From NCBI GenBank assembly GCA_002269645.1, contig NIVC01000334.1, positions 62,001 to 126,000 of the forward strand: a stretch of 64,000 nt of DNA, written 5' to 3'. Below, one piece after another: positions 38,001-49,500 of this stretch; positions within the stretch are counted from its first letter, which is position 1, and each line of letters opens with the position of its first letter. The DNA is from Macrostomum lignano. Lineage: Eukaryota. The notes under the pieces were generated by a model. The model did not search any database and was not told where the DNA came from. It saw nothing but the letters and a program-made list of their open reading frames with translations. Made by a program: the position numbers and the translations under genes.

Positions 38001-38443
38001 GTGGATGGAGTTGATTCTTTCGATTGCTGCTGCTCTTTTGCCTGCATGCGGCTTTCCCGCACGGCCTGAAGACTGCAGTCGCTTGGCAAGACTCGAAATC
38101 ATCTTTCCAGCCAGCAGCTCGATCGTACTCCATGGTCTTCTCCACATCCTCTTTTGGAGCTTCTCGTCGATCTCAACGGACAGCTCTTCATCCGCTGCCA
38201 GCAGCTGTTGTTTTTTAGGCACAGGGCTTCCAGTAGGCTGTCGATATCTTCCTCAGCAGCCCCTAGCTGAGTTGAGGAGGTCTTGGGCTTTTTGTGCCAA
38301 TCTGGTGACCGCGTCACTATCAAAACTCCACGTATTTTGGAGCTGTTCATGCTGAACTGATGAGAAATCGCTGAGTCACTGTAGCACTATAAAGACAATA
38401 ATTTCACTAATGTGAAATTCACTAATGAGTTCGGGGGCCATTT

Positions 38444-38671
38444 TGTAGAAAATGAATAAGGCTGAGGGCCGTCAATTGAACTAGTACATTTAAATAAGAT
38501 ATAAGAATTAGAGCGCTCACTGAGACGCATGCCATAAGTTATATATTTGATTCAAAGTCTCTCTGACGCAACCACAACCCCACCATGTACACTGAGGAGG
38601 GGGAACGCCAAGCGTACACTTGACGGAGCTACACAAAACAGGTGTAAGCAGGCACACAACTAACCATGACA
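38444..38671 (-). repeat. 5' LTR of the decayed BEL/Pao element
   Basis: TG...CA, adjacent to the PBS-like sequence at 38427-38440. Confidence 0.85.
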
Positions 38672-39819
38672 TATACACGTAGTTTTCGGCATAACTGGGC
38701 TTTCTATCAGAAGTAAAAAATACAATTCTGTAATAATTTAATGCACTATTTCACTTACAGCAGATTTTTTTGCAAGAAAACTTAAGAAATTTAATTAACT
38801 TGTTATAATGCACATCTATGTAAAAGCTTTACTAGAAACAAGAAATTTAAACAGTCATTTTATATGGAGTTTAAAAAAATCGGTTTAAAATAGCATAGTT
38901 TAATATTTAATTTTTCTTCAAAAGCATAGGCGTTTTAAAAAAATGGTGGGATTTGACGGGATAAGCCTCAGCCAAGCAGCGAAGATTAAAGTATGCATTA
39001 TATAGCAAAAATATTTGATTTTCTTAACAGAATTAGGAGCATCGCCCCAGGCCAGATGGACCACATCAAAAAGTGGCGGTTCCATTGCCATATTGACCCA
39101 CCGGCACCTTCTACATAAAATCTATAAAACAAATGGATAGGATAAATAGTGAACGTTAACGAGTGCATCAATGGCTGAAAGCAAGAATCCACGAAGTTTT
39201 AATATGTAAAAGTATCTATTGAAGTTAGTTACTAACTACTAGTAACTGGCAACTGGCAATGCCAATGGCAAGCTATCTTTTGCTCGTTTTTTTACTAATT
39301 AAAATAAATCCTAATGTATAGATCAACATTAAATTGCAGTTTACTACTTTTTAAAACTATTTCAAAACAGTTTAAGATTCAGTCTTAAGGATCTGATTTG
39401 ATTTTAGAATCAGTAAAATGACATACTTTATTAGTTTTAATTTTTGCAGAGCTTTTATAATCATATGATACTTAAATGGTTTGATTTAAATGTTAAAATT
39501 GAGTATTGATTGCTATTGTAAAACCTAGTCTCAATAGACAACAATTTTATTTTAGCTCTTAAATGGCAAAGGTCTATAATATTTGAAGAAAGTTTTTTCC
39601 AAAAGTATCTTCTTAGTCTAAAATCATAAAATTTTATAATAATAAGGCTAACAATTGATAAATTAGATTCATTTAAAGTAAAAAAATGGTAAATATTCTT
39701 TCTATTTTTATATTTACAGACAGATTTACTACCTAGTTTCAAATTGCCAGTGTTTTTTAAATTAAACTTAGTTTACATCAAAACTTACAATTTTTGCATG
39801 TTTCCAACAATACCCTAGC

Positions 39820-42800
39820 ATGCTAGACGACTATCAGTTACTGAAAGCCATTGGCAAGGGCAGCTATGGTGAGGTCTGGCTGGCAAAGCATCTTCGCGAT
39901 CGGCGCCAATTTGTGGTGAAGAAAATCAGCCTACAGAGTGCCAACCAGAAGGAGCGGAAAAGTGCAGAGCAAGAGTGCAAACTGCTCTCCCAGCTCAAGC
40001 ACCCGAACATTGTTGGCTACAAGGTAATGCTTTTTATTGCATATTTCGACTGCGAAAAATAAAGTAAAAATTAAATCGAATACAATTGTCAGGACTCATT
40101 TGAGGCGAAAGGCATCCTCTACATCGTGATGGCATTCTGCGAGGGCGGCGACCTCTACAGCCGCCTGAAGGAGCAGCGGGGCACCGCCCTGTCTGAGCGC
40201 CAAGTTGTCGAGTGGTTCGTGCAGATCACAATGGCCCTGCAGTACATGCACGAGAGGAACATTTTGCACAGGGATTTGAAGACGCAAAACATTTTTCTGA
40301 CCAGATCCAGGATAATTAAAGTTGGCGATCTGGGCATCGCTAGAGTGCTAGATTCGTCCAACGACATGGCCAAAACCCTGATTGGTACTCCTTACTACAT
40401 GAGCCCGGAGCTGTTTTCTAATAAGCCCTACAATCATAAGGTAAGGAGTGATTCGTTGATTCATCGAATTAAAGAAAGCAATAGTACTTTACCTACTAAT
40501 TCGCTCTTACTGGGCTAAAACGTCTGAAATAATAATTTAATTGGTCACATGTGCTTTTCAACTACTATCAATTCAGTAGCACCATGTCTCTTTGATTCAG
40601 ATAAGACTTTCTTATCTTCGTTCTTTGTTAGTGTTGGCGCCACTCCTGGCACCGTTTTTTATTTTTATTGTTTATCCTCCCTCCACCTCCCTTTGGGTTA
40701 AGCTTCCATATGTACATTCCCCCCCCCGCCTGCTCTGATAAATGTACATTGGCTATTAGTTTCCTTTTACTGTTAATCGTTTGCGCCATTCCTGGCTGGG
40801 CCAACCGTTTTATTGCCTTATCCTCCCTCCACCTCCCCTGAGGTTAAGCTTCTACATGTACAGTCCCACCGCCTGCTCTGATAAATGTACATTGGCTATT
40901 AGTTTACTTTTATTGTTTATCGTTTGCGCCATTCCTGGCTGGGCCAACCGTTTTATTGCCTTATCCTCCCTCCACCTCCCCTGAGGTTAAGCTTCTACAT
41001 GTACAGTCCCACCGCCTGCTCTGATAAATGTACATAGGCTATTAGTTTACTTTTATTGTTTATCGTTTGCGCCATTCCCTGGCTGGGCCATCCGTTTTAT
41101 TGCCTATCCTGCCTCCACCTCCCCTTGGGTTAAGCTTCTATATGTACATTGCCCCCGCCTGCGCTGATAAATGTACATTGTCTATTAGTTTCCTTTTTTA
41201 TCGTACGTGCTATTCCTAGCTGGGCACCGTTTTATTGCCCATGCCCACTGTGTTGCATTAAAAATCTTATTTTGCAATCTTATTAATGATTTATGATCCA
41301 GTCGGACGTCTGGGCTCTCGGTTGCTGCGTATACGAGATGGCCACTCTGAAGCACGCATTCAACGCCCGCGATTTCAACTCGCTGTCGAACAAGATCCTG
41401 CAGGGCCGAATGCCCGACATGCCCATGCAGTACAGCGCCGAGCTTGTGGCTCTGATCCGAGCCATGCTCAGCCAGGACCCGGACAAGCGGCCGTCAGTGA
41501 ATCGAATCCTGCGCGATCGCTTTATCCGGCGCAACATTCAGATGTTTCTGGACGCCACGGCCAATCGACCGTCCACTGCGCCGGCTGGCGGCGGCGGTGG
41601 CAACCGCCGTTCGGAGGCCCGCCGAGAGGTTCCTCAACGGGCTCGCGAGGACCCGCCGCTGCCAGCCGAGGCCGCTGCCAGGGCCAGCGACCGCGAATTG
41701 CGCGAGCGCGAACGTGAACGTGAACGAGAGCGTGAACGTGAACGAGAGCGTGAACGTGAACGTGAACGGCAGCGTGAACGTGAACGGCAGCGTGAGCAGG
41801 AGCGTGAACGTAATCCGAATCGAGACAAAGAACGAGAGCGTCAGCGTGAACGTGAACGAGAACAGGAGCGCCAGCGTGAACAGGAACGTCAGCGTGAACG
41901 TGAACGGGAACAAGAGCGCCAGCGTGAACAGGAACGTCAGCGTGAACAAGAACGTCAGCGTGAGCGTGAAGCTCGCATCGACACGGCTGCTAGACGGCGC
42001 CGTCGTGAACAGCTAAGCGTGAACGCGCAGCGTGAGTGTGGCTGGGGGAGATATTACTGCAAAAGTGGGGCTGAGTAAGGCCTATCTGTATATGCAATTC
42101 TAACTACAAAATCCTTTTCGCCCAACCCGATCAGCCTCAATGAACGAAACCTATGATGTCGCCTTGACCCCGAGATCGGTATATCAAGATTTGGAGCCAT
42201 ATTTTAAAGAAATTTTCCTACGATAGTTTTCACATTCTTTTACTCTTGGTAGCAAGTAGAAAAAGTACTAATTATTGTCTTATCGGCGTCGTACTGATTA
42301 TTGCTATCCAATTTTATTCTAGTCTTGGTGTTAATGTGGAATGCTTTCTTAGAATGTTTTATAAGTTATACATTTCCTCGAATAGCTCGTACAAACATAC
42401 TTCAAGTAGTGCAATAATTAAACCGGACTTTTTGCCAATATCCGGTTGCCAAGCAGCCGCGCAAAGGTCGGCTCCCGTCCCGGACACAAACGAGTCGCTG
42501 GTACTGCAGCCTCGGCTGCCGGTCGCGAAACCGCGTCACGCGTCTGACTCAGATCGGGCTAAGGCCATGGATGCTAGAGACAGAGGGAATTTGTTGGTAA
42601 TTCCTTTTTGGTATCTTGCACTGCCGATCCCTAGGGGAGAAAAGATAACACTACACGAGTGGTTTGATTTCAATTGCTAGACTAATAATCCTAACCTCCT
42701 GCCATGTTTTTCGAGAACTAAAAATAATTTTTGCAGTTTGACTTATCTAGCGTGTGTACAGTTCATTCAAGCGACTGGATTTGGTGAGTTAAGCGGGGCT

Positions 42801-43942
42801 CTTTGAGAGCGTGTGCACATTCAGGCGGCTGGATTGGGGTGGGTTAATTGAGGCTTCCCGAGAGCGTGTGCACATTCAGGCGGCTGGATTGGGGTGGGTT
42901 AATTGAGGCTTCCCGAGAGCGTGTGCACATTCAGGCGGCTGGATTGGGGTGGGTTAATTGAGGCTTCCCGAGAGCGTGTGCACATTCAGGCGGCTGGATT
43001 GGGGTGGGTTAATTGAGGCTTCCCGAGAGCGTGTGCACATTCAGGCGGCTGGATTGGGGTGGGTTAAGTGGGGCTCCCCGAGAGCGTGTGTACATTCAGG
43101 CTGGATTGGTTGGGGTGGAATTGGCGGTGTTATTTTTAATACATATCGTTATTTTTAATAAACTCGTATAGAAGCTTTCACTTCCTTTTAGTTATTCATT
43201 TAACACGCCTAATTGTATACAAACTCAAAATTCACTGAAATTTGTGCTTGCATTAAACCTGGCTTTCAATTAACGTATATAATTTTCTGATTAGCTACGC
43301 TAATTTTCGAATCTCTATTGTCCTCAATGTATATAGTCTTCTAATTGGTCTTGACTTTTAATATTATGTATAGATTAATTGTAAATTAAACTTTATCGCC
43401 TCGTGATTTAAATTTCACTATAATTACTCCAGCCTCGTCAGCTGTCATCGCCCCGGCCGCAAGCGCCCGACGACATCTATGAGGAACCGGATCGCGACGA
43501 TGTTCACCGGCCGCCATCGTCTGTGGCCGCCGAGGAGGCCGCCGAGGACATGGAGGAGCTGGTCGAACAGATGACTGTCACACTATCTGTTCACAAAAAA
43601 CAGAAGCGGCCCGGAGACCAGCGCAGCAACAGCGAAGAGGAAGATGATGATCATGATGATGAGGAATCGGAGGCTGAGGCTGGGAACGCTGGCCCGGTGG
43701 AGTCCCGAGAGGAGACCATCGGGCGCACAACGCGCCTGCAGGCGCGGCTGGTGCAGCTACGCAAAGACTGCCTGCAGCGGCTGGGCGTTGACCTGCTGCG
43801 CCAGTGCTACGCGATACTGGACGATCCCTCCAAGGACACCGAGGCCGGCCTTGTGCAGCTGCTGGGCAGGGAAACCTTCCAGGAGATGGCCGGCAAAGTT
43901 TGGCAGCTCAAGTTTGTTGAGGAGCGTCTGTTTCCTGGATAA
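39820..43942 (+). CDS. NEK4: NIMA-related kinase NEK4, 5 exons (39820-40023, 40093-40440, 41302-42031, 42454 or 42457-42596, 43433-43942)
   Basis: GKGSYGEV, LLSQLKHPNIV, FCEGGDLY, QVVEWFVQI, HRDLKTQNIFL, KVGDLGIARVL, GTPYYMSPELFSNKPYNHK|SDVWALGCCVYEMATLKHAFNA; NEK4-type C-terminal CLQRLGVDLL...WQLKFVEE. All introns GT-AG with consistent phases. Confidence 0.92.
40650..41240. repeat. ~143-bp tandem repeat, about 4 copies, in NEK4 intron 2
   Basis: ccaaccgttttattgcc recurs at 40801 and 40944. Confidence 0.9.
42800..43110. repeat. 55-bp tandem repeat in NEK4 intron 4
   Basis: gagagcgtgtgcacattcagg at 42860 and 42915, continuing at the same period. Confidence 0.92.
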
Positions 43943-43974
43943 GATTGGGGGTCTGCGCTCGCGAAGTGACAGAT

Positions 43975-44232
43975 TGGCATTGGCTGAGAGTCTTGTATTG
44001 GATTGGCTTTGATTGTCTGAGAGTATTTTATTGGATTGGCTGTGATTGGCTGAGAGTCTTGTATTGGATTGGGTCTGATTGGCTGAGAGTATTGTATTGG
44101 ATTGGGTCTGATTGGCTGACAGTGTTGTATTGGATTGGCTCTAATTGGCTGATAGTGTTGTATTGGATTGGCTCTGATTGGCTGAGAGTATTGTATTGCA
44201 TTGGGTCTGATTGGCTGATAGTGTTGTATTAG
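43975..44232. repeat. 33-bp ATTGG-rich minisatellite just after the NEK4 stop
   Basis: attggctgagagtattgtattggattgggtctg; attggc at 44045 and 44078. Confidence 0.92.
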
Positions 44233-45319
44233 ATTTTTTGACACACCATACCATTGGTGTTCCCTACCATATAAGAAAATGAACTCGAGTTGCTGGTAAA
44301 ACAATGCAATTTTGTAAATTTGCTTCAAAGATATGTTGTCCGTCCCTGAAATGAACTGCTGAGCGAGCTTGGGTTTATAAAAATGAGTTTGAAAATATTT
44401 CTACTCACTATAACTTATTTTACTGTTTGTTTGCTATTTGCTATTTGTTATAAATCTCCTATTACTCTGTCTGAAAATTTCTTTTCACAAGTCTCTTTTG
44501 TTTTAGAAATAATAAAATAGCGACTACATCAATGATATCAAAGGTAAAGTTTCATTTCAGAATTTGCTATCATCAGCTTAACTAGTCAGCTGACTCTCAT
44601 TAGCTTGCGCTTATTCGTCAAAGTACTTAAATGCATACGAAGTATATACTTAGCAAAACAGCTTTCTACTTTCAGTTCAGTAGCAAAGAAGAATACATAA
44701 GCTATTTTATAAAAATAAAGTCAGCTGAAATGACTTCGATAAGCTTAGAAGCCAAAGCTTGCATGCGTAAACAGCTTGCTAATTGGTTCAGCAATAATGT
44801 ACATTAGCCAGTCCACTGAAATGTACATGGCAGCTTTATGCTGGAATTACGTGAAAAGCAATAAAAATTGGGGCGGGGGATGGTGTGGAAAGGCGCGGTT
44901 AAAGGCTTTAAGCTGAGGGTTAAAAGCAATAAATGAGCCTTGGCTTTAAAAATACAATAAAATGCTTCTGTTTAACTTACTACTGAGCTGAAAGTAGCTT
45001 ACACGCAAATGTGCTGATTGGCCGATCTAGTTATTCTAGTATCTGTGATAAGTAGTGACTGATGATACCTTAGCCACCCTGTGGCAGTTGTCCTGCCTTA
45101 TCTATACCGTGTTATTGTGTCCGGCAAATTTGCTAGTTTTAATTCTGATCGCAAGTTTTCATATCGAATATGTTTAACTTTTTATTATTTTGACAAATAA
45201 AATTACAATAATTTTCAAGTAATAATAAATGAAAACAAGTGTTTATAATCACTTTTGCCTATCAAAACAGCCGGTGTGCTTAGTTTTAACATTCGAAAGT
45301 TTATTTTTCACAAAAGGGT

Positions 45320-45396
45320 GCCGCAGTGGCAGCTCCAGAGCTAACAGTGTCTGTCTCTCGCGCCGCGAGCCCAGGTTCGATTCCGCGTGCGCGGCC
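45320..45396 (+). pseudogene. tRNA-Glu(CTC)-like sequence; probable SINE head or tRNA pseudogene
   Basis: GCCGC...GCGGC acceptor-like stem and B box GGTTCGATTCC. CTCTCGCGCCGCGAGCCCAGGTTCGATTCC resembles the tRNA-Glu 3' half (CTCTCACCGCCGCGGCCCGGGTTCGATTCC). D-arm/A box is degenerate. Confidence 0.5.
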
Positions 45397-45464
45397 GGCC
45401 ACATGCATTTGGGGCCTGTGCACAGAGCACAGTTTTGCATGTGTGGTATTTTTGTGGTATTTGT

Positions 45465-45965
45465 GTGGTATTGGTGTGGTATCCGTGGTGCTGGTGTGGT
45501 ATCCGTGGTGCTGGTGTGGTATCCGTGTTGTGCTGGTGTGGTATCCGTGTGGTGCTGGTGTGGTATCCGTGTGGTACTGGTGTGGTATCCGTGTGGTGCT
45601 GGTGTGGTATCCGTGGTGCTGGTGTGGTATCCGTGGTGCTGGTGTGGTATCCGTGGTGCTGGTGTGGTATCCGTGTTGTGCTGGTGTGGTATCCGTGTGG
45701 TGCTGGTGTGGTATCCGTGTGGTACTGGTGTGGTATCCGTGTGGTGCTGGTGTGGTATCCGTGGTGCTGGTGTGGTATCCGTGTTGTGCTGGTGTGGTAT
45801 CCGTGTGGTGCTGGTGTGGTATCCGTGTGGTGCTAGTGTGGTATCCGTGGTGCTGGTGTGGTATCCGTGTGGTGCTGGTGTGGTATCCGTGTGGTGCTGG
45901 TGTGGTATCCGTGTGTTGCTGGTGTGGTATCCGTGTGGTGCTGGTGTGGTATCCGTGTGGTGCTG
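45465..45965. repeat. 20-22 bp minisatellite (gtgtggtatccgtggtgctg)
   Basis: Direct reading. Confidence 0.95.
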
Positions 45966-46509
45966 ATTGTTAGCTTCAGTTTCAACCTAGCATATCCGGT
46001 GTGACAGCAAAGCAGCAGCATGTACCATACGGACGTTCGATAAGTTTTATAATCAGTCTAGTGGCAATGTTGAGTCAAAAACTCGCCAAGAACAGAGCAG
46101 ATTTGCCAACCAGCAGTCTGTAAATGCTCACTGCATGAGCATGCCCAACACCCAGCTCTCTATCAGCTGGGCTAAGTACTCTCTGCCTGTACCTGCTCAA
46201 ATCTTATCACCTTACCAAGGTGTTTGGGAGGTAGATTAGTAGCATTGATTTTCTTTCCAATTCCACTGCGTGATTTAATGTACGTGTTTATTATTCAATT
46301 TTCTATGTACGCTGATTTAGCCCAGGCCCATCTCACCCACCCCCCTCCACGCTGGCTGATTCTGACTGACTGCAATAAATATATCATCGAGAGGGCTTAT
46401 TAGCCCTGTGTACGGTTTACGCTTTTCGTTTTGTTAGCGTCTCGCTTGAGCCTCAGCTCCAAAATAGTTATTGGCGGACCATCGGTCTTTTCATTTCTAC
46501 AGTACATTT

Positions 46510-46527
46510 TGGTAGCAGAGCGTGGTT
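46510..46527 (+). other. Primer-binding site complementary to the 3' end of initiator tRNA-Met
   Basis: TGGTAGCAGAGCGTGGTT begins 3 nt after the 5' LTR; the tRNA-iMet 3' end reads ...AACCANNCTCTGCTACCA. Confidence 0.8.
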
Positions 46528-46592
46528 GGACAAGCCTAACTTACCACTGACGTGGCAAGCAATAGAACCCTACTGTGAAACGAAGGACCAGG

Positions 46593-49500
46593 ATGGACAG
46601 TGACGACGCCAATGAGCAGCAGCAGCAGGAAGCCCAAGACGATGCCGGCGCCCTACGTTTAGAGAAGCTGCGCTTCGAGAAATCCCGAAAAAAAGCAGCG
46701 TTCACTCGTTGCAAAAACAAGCTGTCTTGGCTGTTAAAGACGCACGCCTCTGATGACGAAGTGCAAGTTGCCTGTGACGCTCTGTCAGACCTGCAAGATC
46801 TGGTCAGCGCCATCCAGGAAGAACTGCATGAAGGCTACGCCGACGCCAAGGACAACGAGAGGCGACAGCGCCTACTAGACGAAATGGAGGAGACGGAGCG
46901 CGACTACCAAGCTGCCATGCAGCGCGTCGAAAGCGCCAGAAACCGGAGATTGCAGCGCGCCAAAGAAGCTCCTCCTGCCGCGAGCTCAAGCGGTGAGAAC
47001 GCTGCGGGTGACCAAGAAGAAGCAGCTGGTGAGTTACACAAACTTTCTGGCAGTGCTGCGTCCAGCAAAGGATCCAACCCGAAGGAGCTTTCAAAGGATT
47101 TGTGGAAGATGCTGAAGCGTGTTGAAATCCCAACGTTTAGTGGAGAAAAGCAGAAGTATGAAAACTGGAAGGCAGCCTTTGTTGCGTGCATCGACAGCGC
47201 CCCTGCAACACCAGAATTCAAGTTGCTGCAGCTTAGGCAGTACCTCAGCGGTGAAGCTTTGAAGGTTATAGAACATCTAGGACACTCTGCTGCGGCATAT
47301 GAAGCTGCAAAAGAGAGATTAGAGAGAGAATTTGGTGGACAGCGTAGGCAACTTGCTCTGCACTTGGAAGAGCTGGACAGCTTCCCGATCGTGCGAAATG
47401 GAAACGCCAAGGATCTGAAAAGCTTTGCTAATCTACTGGATGTGGCTGTCGTTAACCTTGAGGATGCGGGTAAAGAGGCAGAGCTTCAAGATGGGATGTT
47501 GTATGTGAGGCTGCAGAAAAAGTTGCCTGAGCAGATGGTTGCCAGCTACCGGAGGTGGATCTTTGAGCAGCGGAAGCCGGAGAGTGTTAGAAATCTGAGA
47601 ATTTGGGTGCTGCAAGAAGCAGAGTTTCAGACTGAAGCGTCAGAAATTGTGCAGGGCGTTGCCACCATGCAGCAGGAGCGTCAAAAGCGAGAGCAGCGAC
47701 CAAAGACTTTCGTTACTACGGACAGTGACAAGAAGGTACAGCGAAAGATTTGCATTGTTTGTCAAGGTGATCACGAGCTGTGGTCCTGCAGTGAGTTCAA
47801 GGAGCTTCCGGTGGAAAAACGCTGGGACGCGGCGCAGAGCTCGAAGTGTTGTTTCCGGTGCTTGGGCCAAGGACATCTTGGTAGCCAATGTCGGCGTGGT
47901 CGTCGGTGCGGCATCAGCAGCTGCACAAAGTTCCATCATCGCCTGCTTCATGCAGAAAAAGTGTTGGCCAAGTCTGGTGAAGCGAAGCAGACTGCATCCA
48001 AGGACGCTAAATCCGCTTCCAGTTCAGGAAAGACTGGACCGGTGACGCTTCTGTCGGCTGGTGAAACGGCAATCTCGCTACGAACGGTACCTGTAGTCCT
48101 ACGGAACGGGTCCCGGAAGCTGAAGGTGAATGCCTTGCTCGACGATGCCAGTACCAGGAGCTACGTCAACATCGGGATAGCAGAAGCGCTTGGAGTGCAT
48201 GGAGCGCTCGAAAAGGTGAAAGTCGGAGTCATCAATGGCCAAACAGAGACCTTCATGACAGCCCCAGTCTGCTTTAGCTTGGAAAGTCTGGATGGTCAGA
48301 CCAGCTCAATGATCGTCGCCTTCACCGCTGATCACGTGACTGGGTCCCTCAAAGGCGTCGACTGGCACGAAGAAGCGCAGCAGTGGCCTCATCTGAGAAA
48401 TGTGCCGTTTCCGAAGCTGTGTGAGCCTGCAGTAGTGGACTTGCTGATTGGTGCTGATCACCCGGATCTTCACGTGTCTCTCAAAGAAATCGTCGGACAG
48501 CCGCTGGAGCCAAAGGCGCGCCTGACTCCCCTGGGTTGGACGTGCATCGGTCGCACAGAGCAGGACAATTCTGAGATGCAGAACGCCCATTTTGCTGCCA
48601 CTTTCTTCAGCTGCGATTCCGAATCTGGTCAGGTGGCTAAGATCCTGCGGCAGTTTTGGGAGATCGAGAACGTCTCAGAAGGTGCCAATCGAAGTCCGCT
48701 GACCGCCGATGAGGAGAGAGCCGTCCAGCAAGCCAAGTCGTCGCTAAAGTACACGAAGGGCCGTTACCAGATCGGGATTCCATGGAAAAAGGATCGGCTG
48801 GCTCCAGCAGGCACTTTCTCAATGGCCTTGAAGCGACTAAAGAACACCGAACAGCGGCTGATTAAGGATATGAACGTCTGCAAGCAGTATCAGGAGATCC
48901 TTGAAAAGTATGAACAGCAAGGTTATATCCGAAAAGTGTCGCAAGCTGAGACTGAAGGCCGCTGTTTCCTGCCGCACTTCCCAGTGCTGCGGCCAGACAA
49001 GGCTACGACAAAAGTGCGAATAGTCTTTGATGCATCGGCTGCCAGATTGAACGACCAGATCCTCCAGGGCCCCAAACTGCAGAGGGATTTGGTTGACGTG
49101 CTGCTTCGGTTCCGCCGACACCCGATTGCGATCGCATGCGACGTAGCGGAAATGTATCTCCAGATCGAGATGGACCCGAAGGACAGGCCGCTGCACAGTT
49201 TCCTTTGGCGGGACGCCGATCCTTCAAAGCAGCCGGATGTCTACGAGTTCAACAGAGTGGTGTTCGGCGTCACCAGCTCTCCGTTCTTGGCACAGTTCGT
49301 TACCCGCTGCCATGCTGAAAAGTCAAAAGGTGAGCTTCCAGAGGCGGCCGAGACAGTACTGCACTCTACCTATATGGATGACAGCCTGGACTCTGCGCCC
49401 ACCGAGGCAGCCGCCTGCAGGCTGTACGATCAACTCAGTGAGCTCTGGAGGCGCGCCGGCATGCACGCGCGCAAGTGGGTCTCGAACTCGAGAGCTGTGC

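Larger units (their letters stand above)
34796..38671 (-). mobile_element. Decayed, internally deleted BEL/Pao LTR retrotransposon
   Basis: Diverged LTR pair 34799-35032 and 38444-38671. PBS-like TGGCCCCCGA follows the 5' LTR on minus; PPT gggggag precedes the 3' LTR. Fragments: RLPKLPPPAF (gag), CLSKGH...CDFCKLKHHPSLC (zinc knuckles), FRFHPIALTTDIEKVFLQI and MDNLISG (RT); many stops and frameshifts. tatac on both flanks. Confidence 0.88.

Noticed and set aside
41494-42016. Alternative-frame ORFs (VNVN, SRSR, FTFT repeats)
   Set aside because: Other frames of the NEK4 CGTGAA coding repeat.
45229-46021. Cys/Trp/Val-rich ORFs up to 245 aa
   Set aside because: Translations of the 20-22 bp minisatellite.
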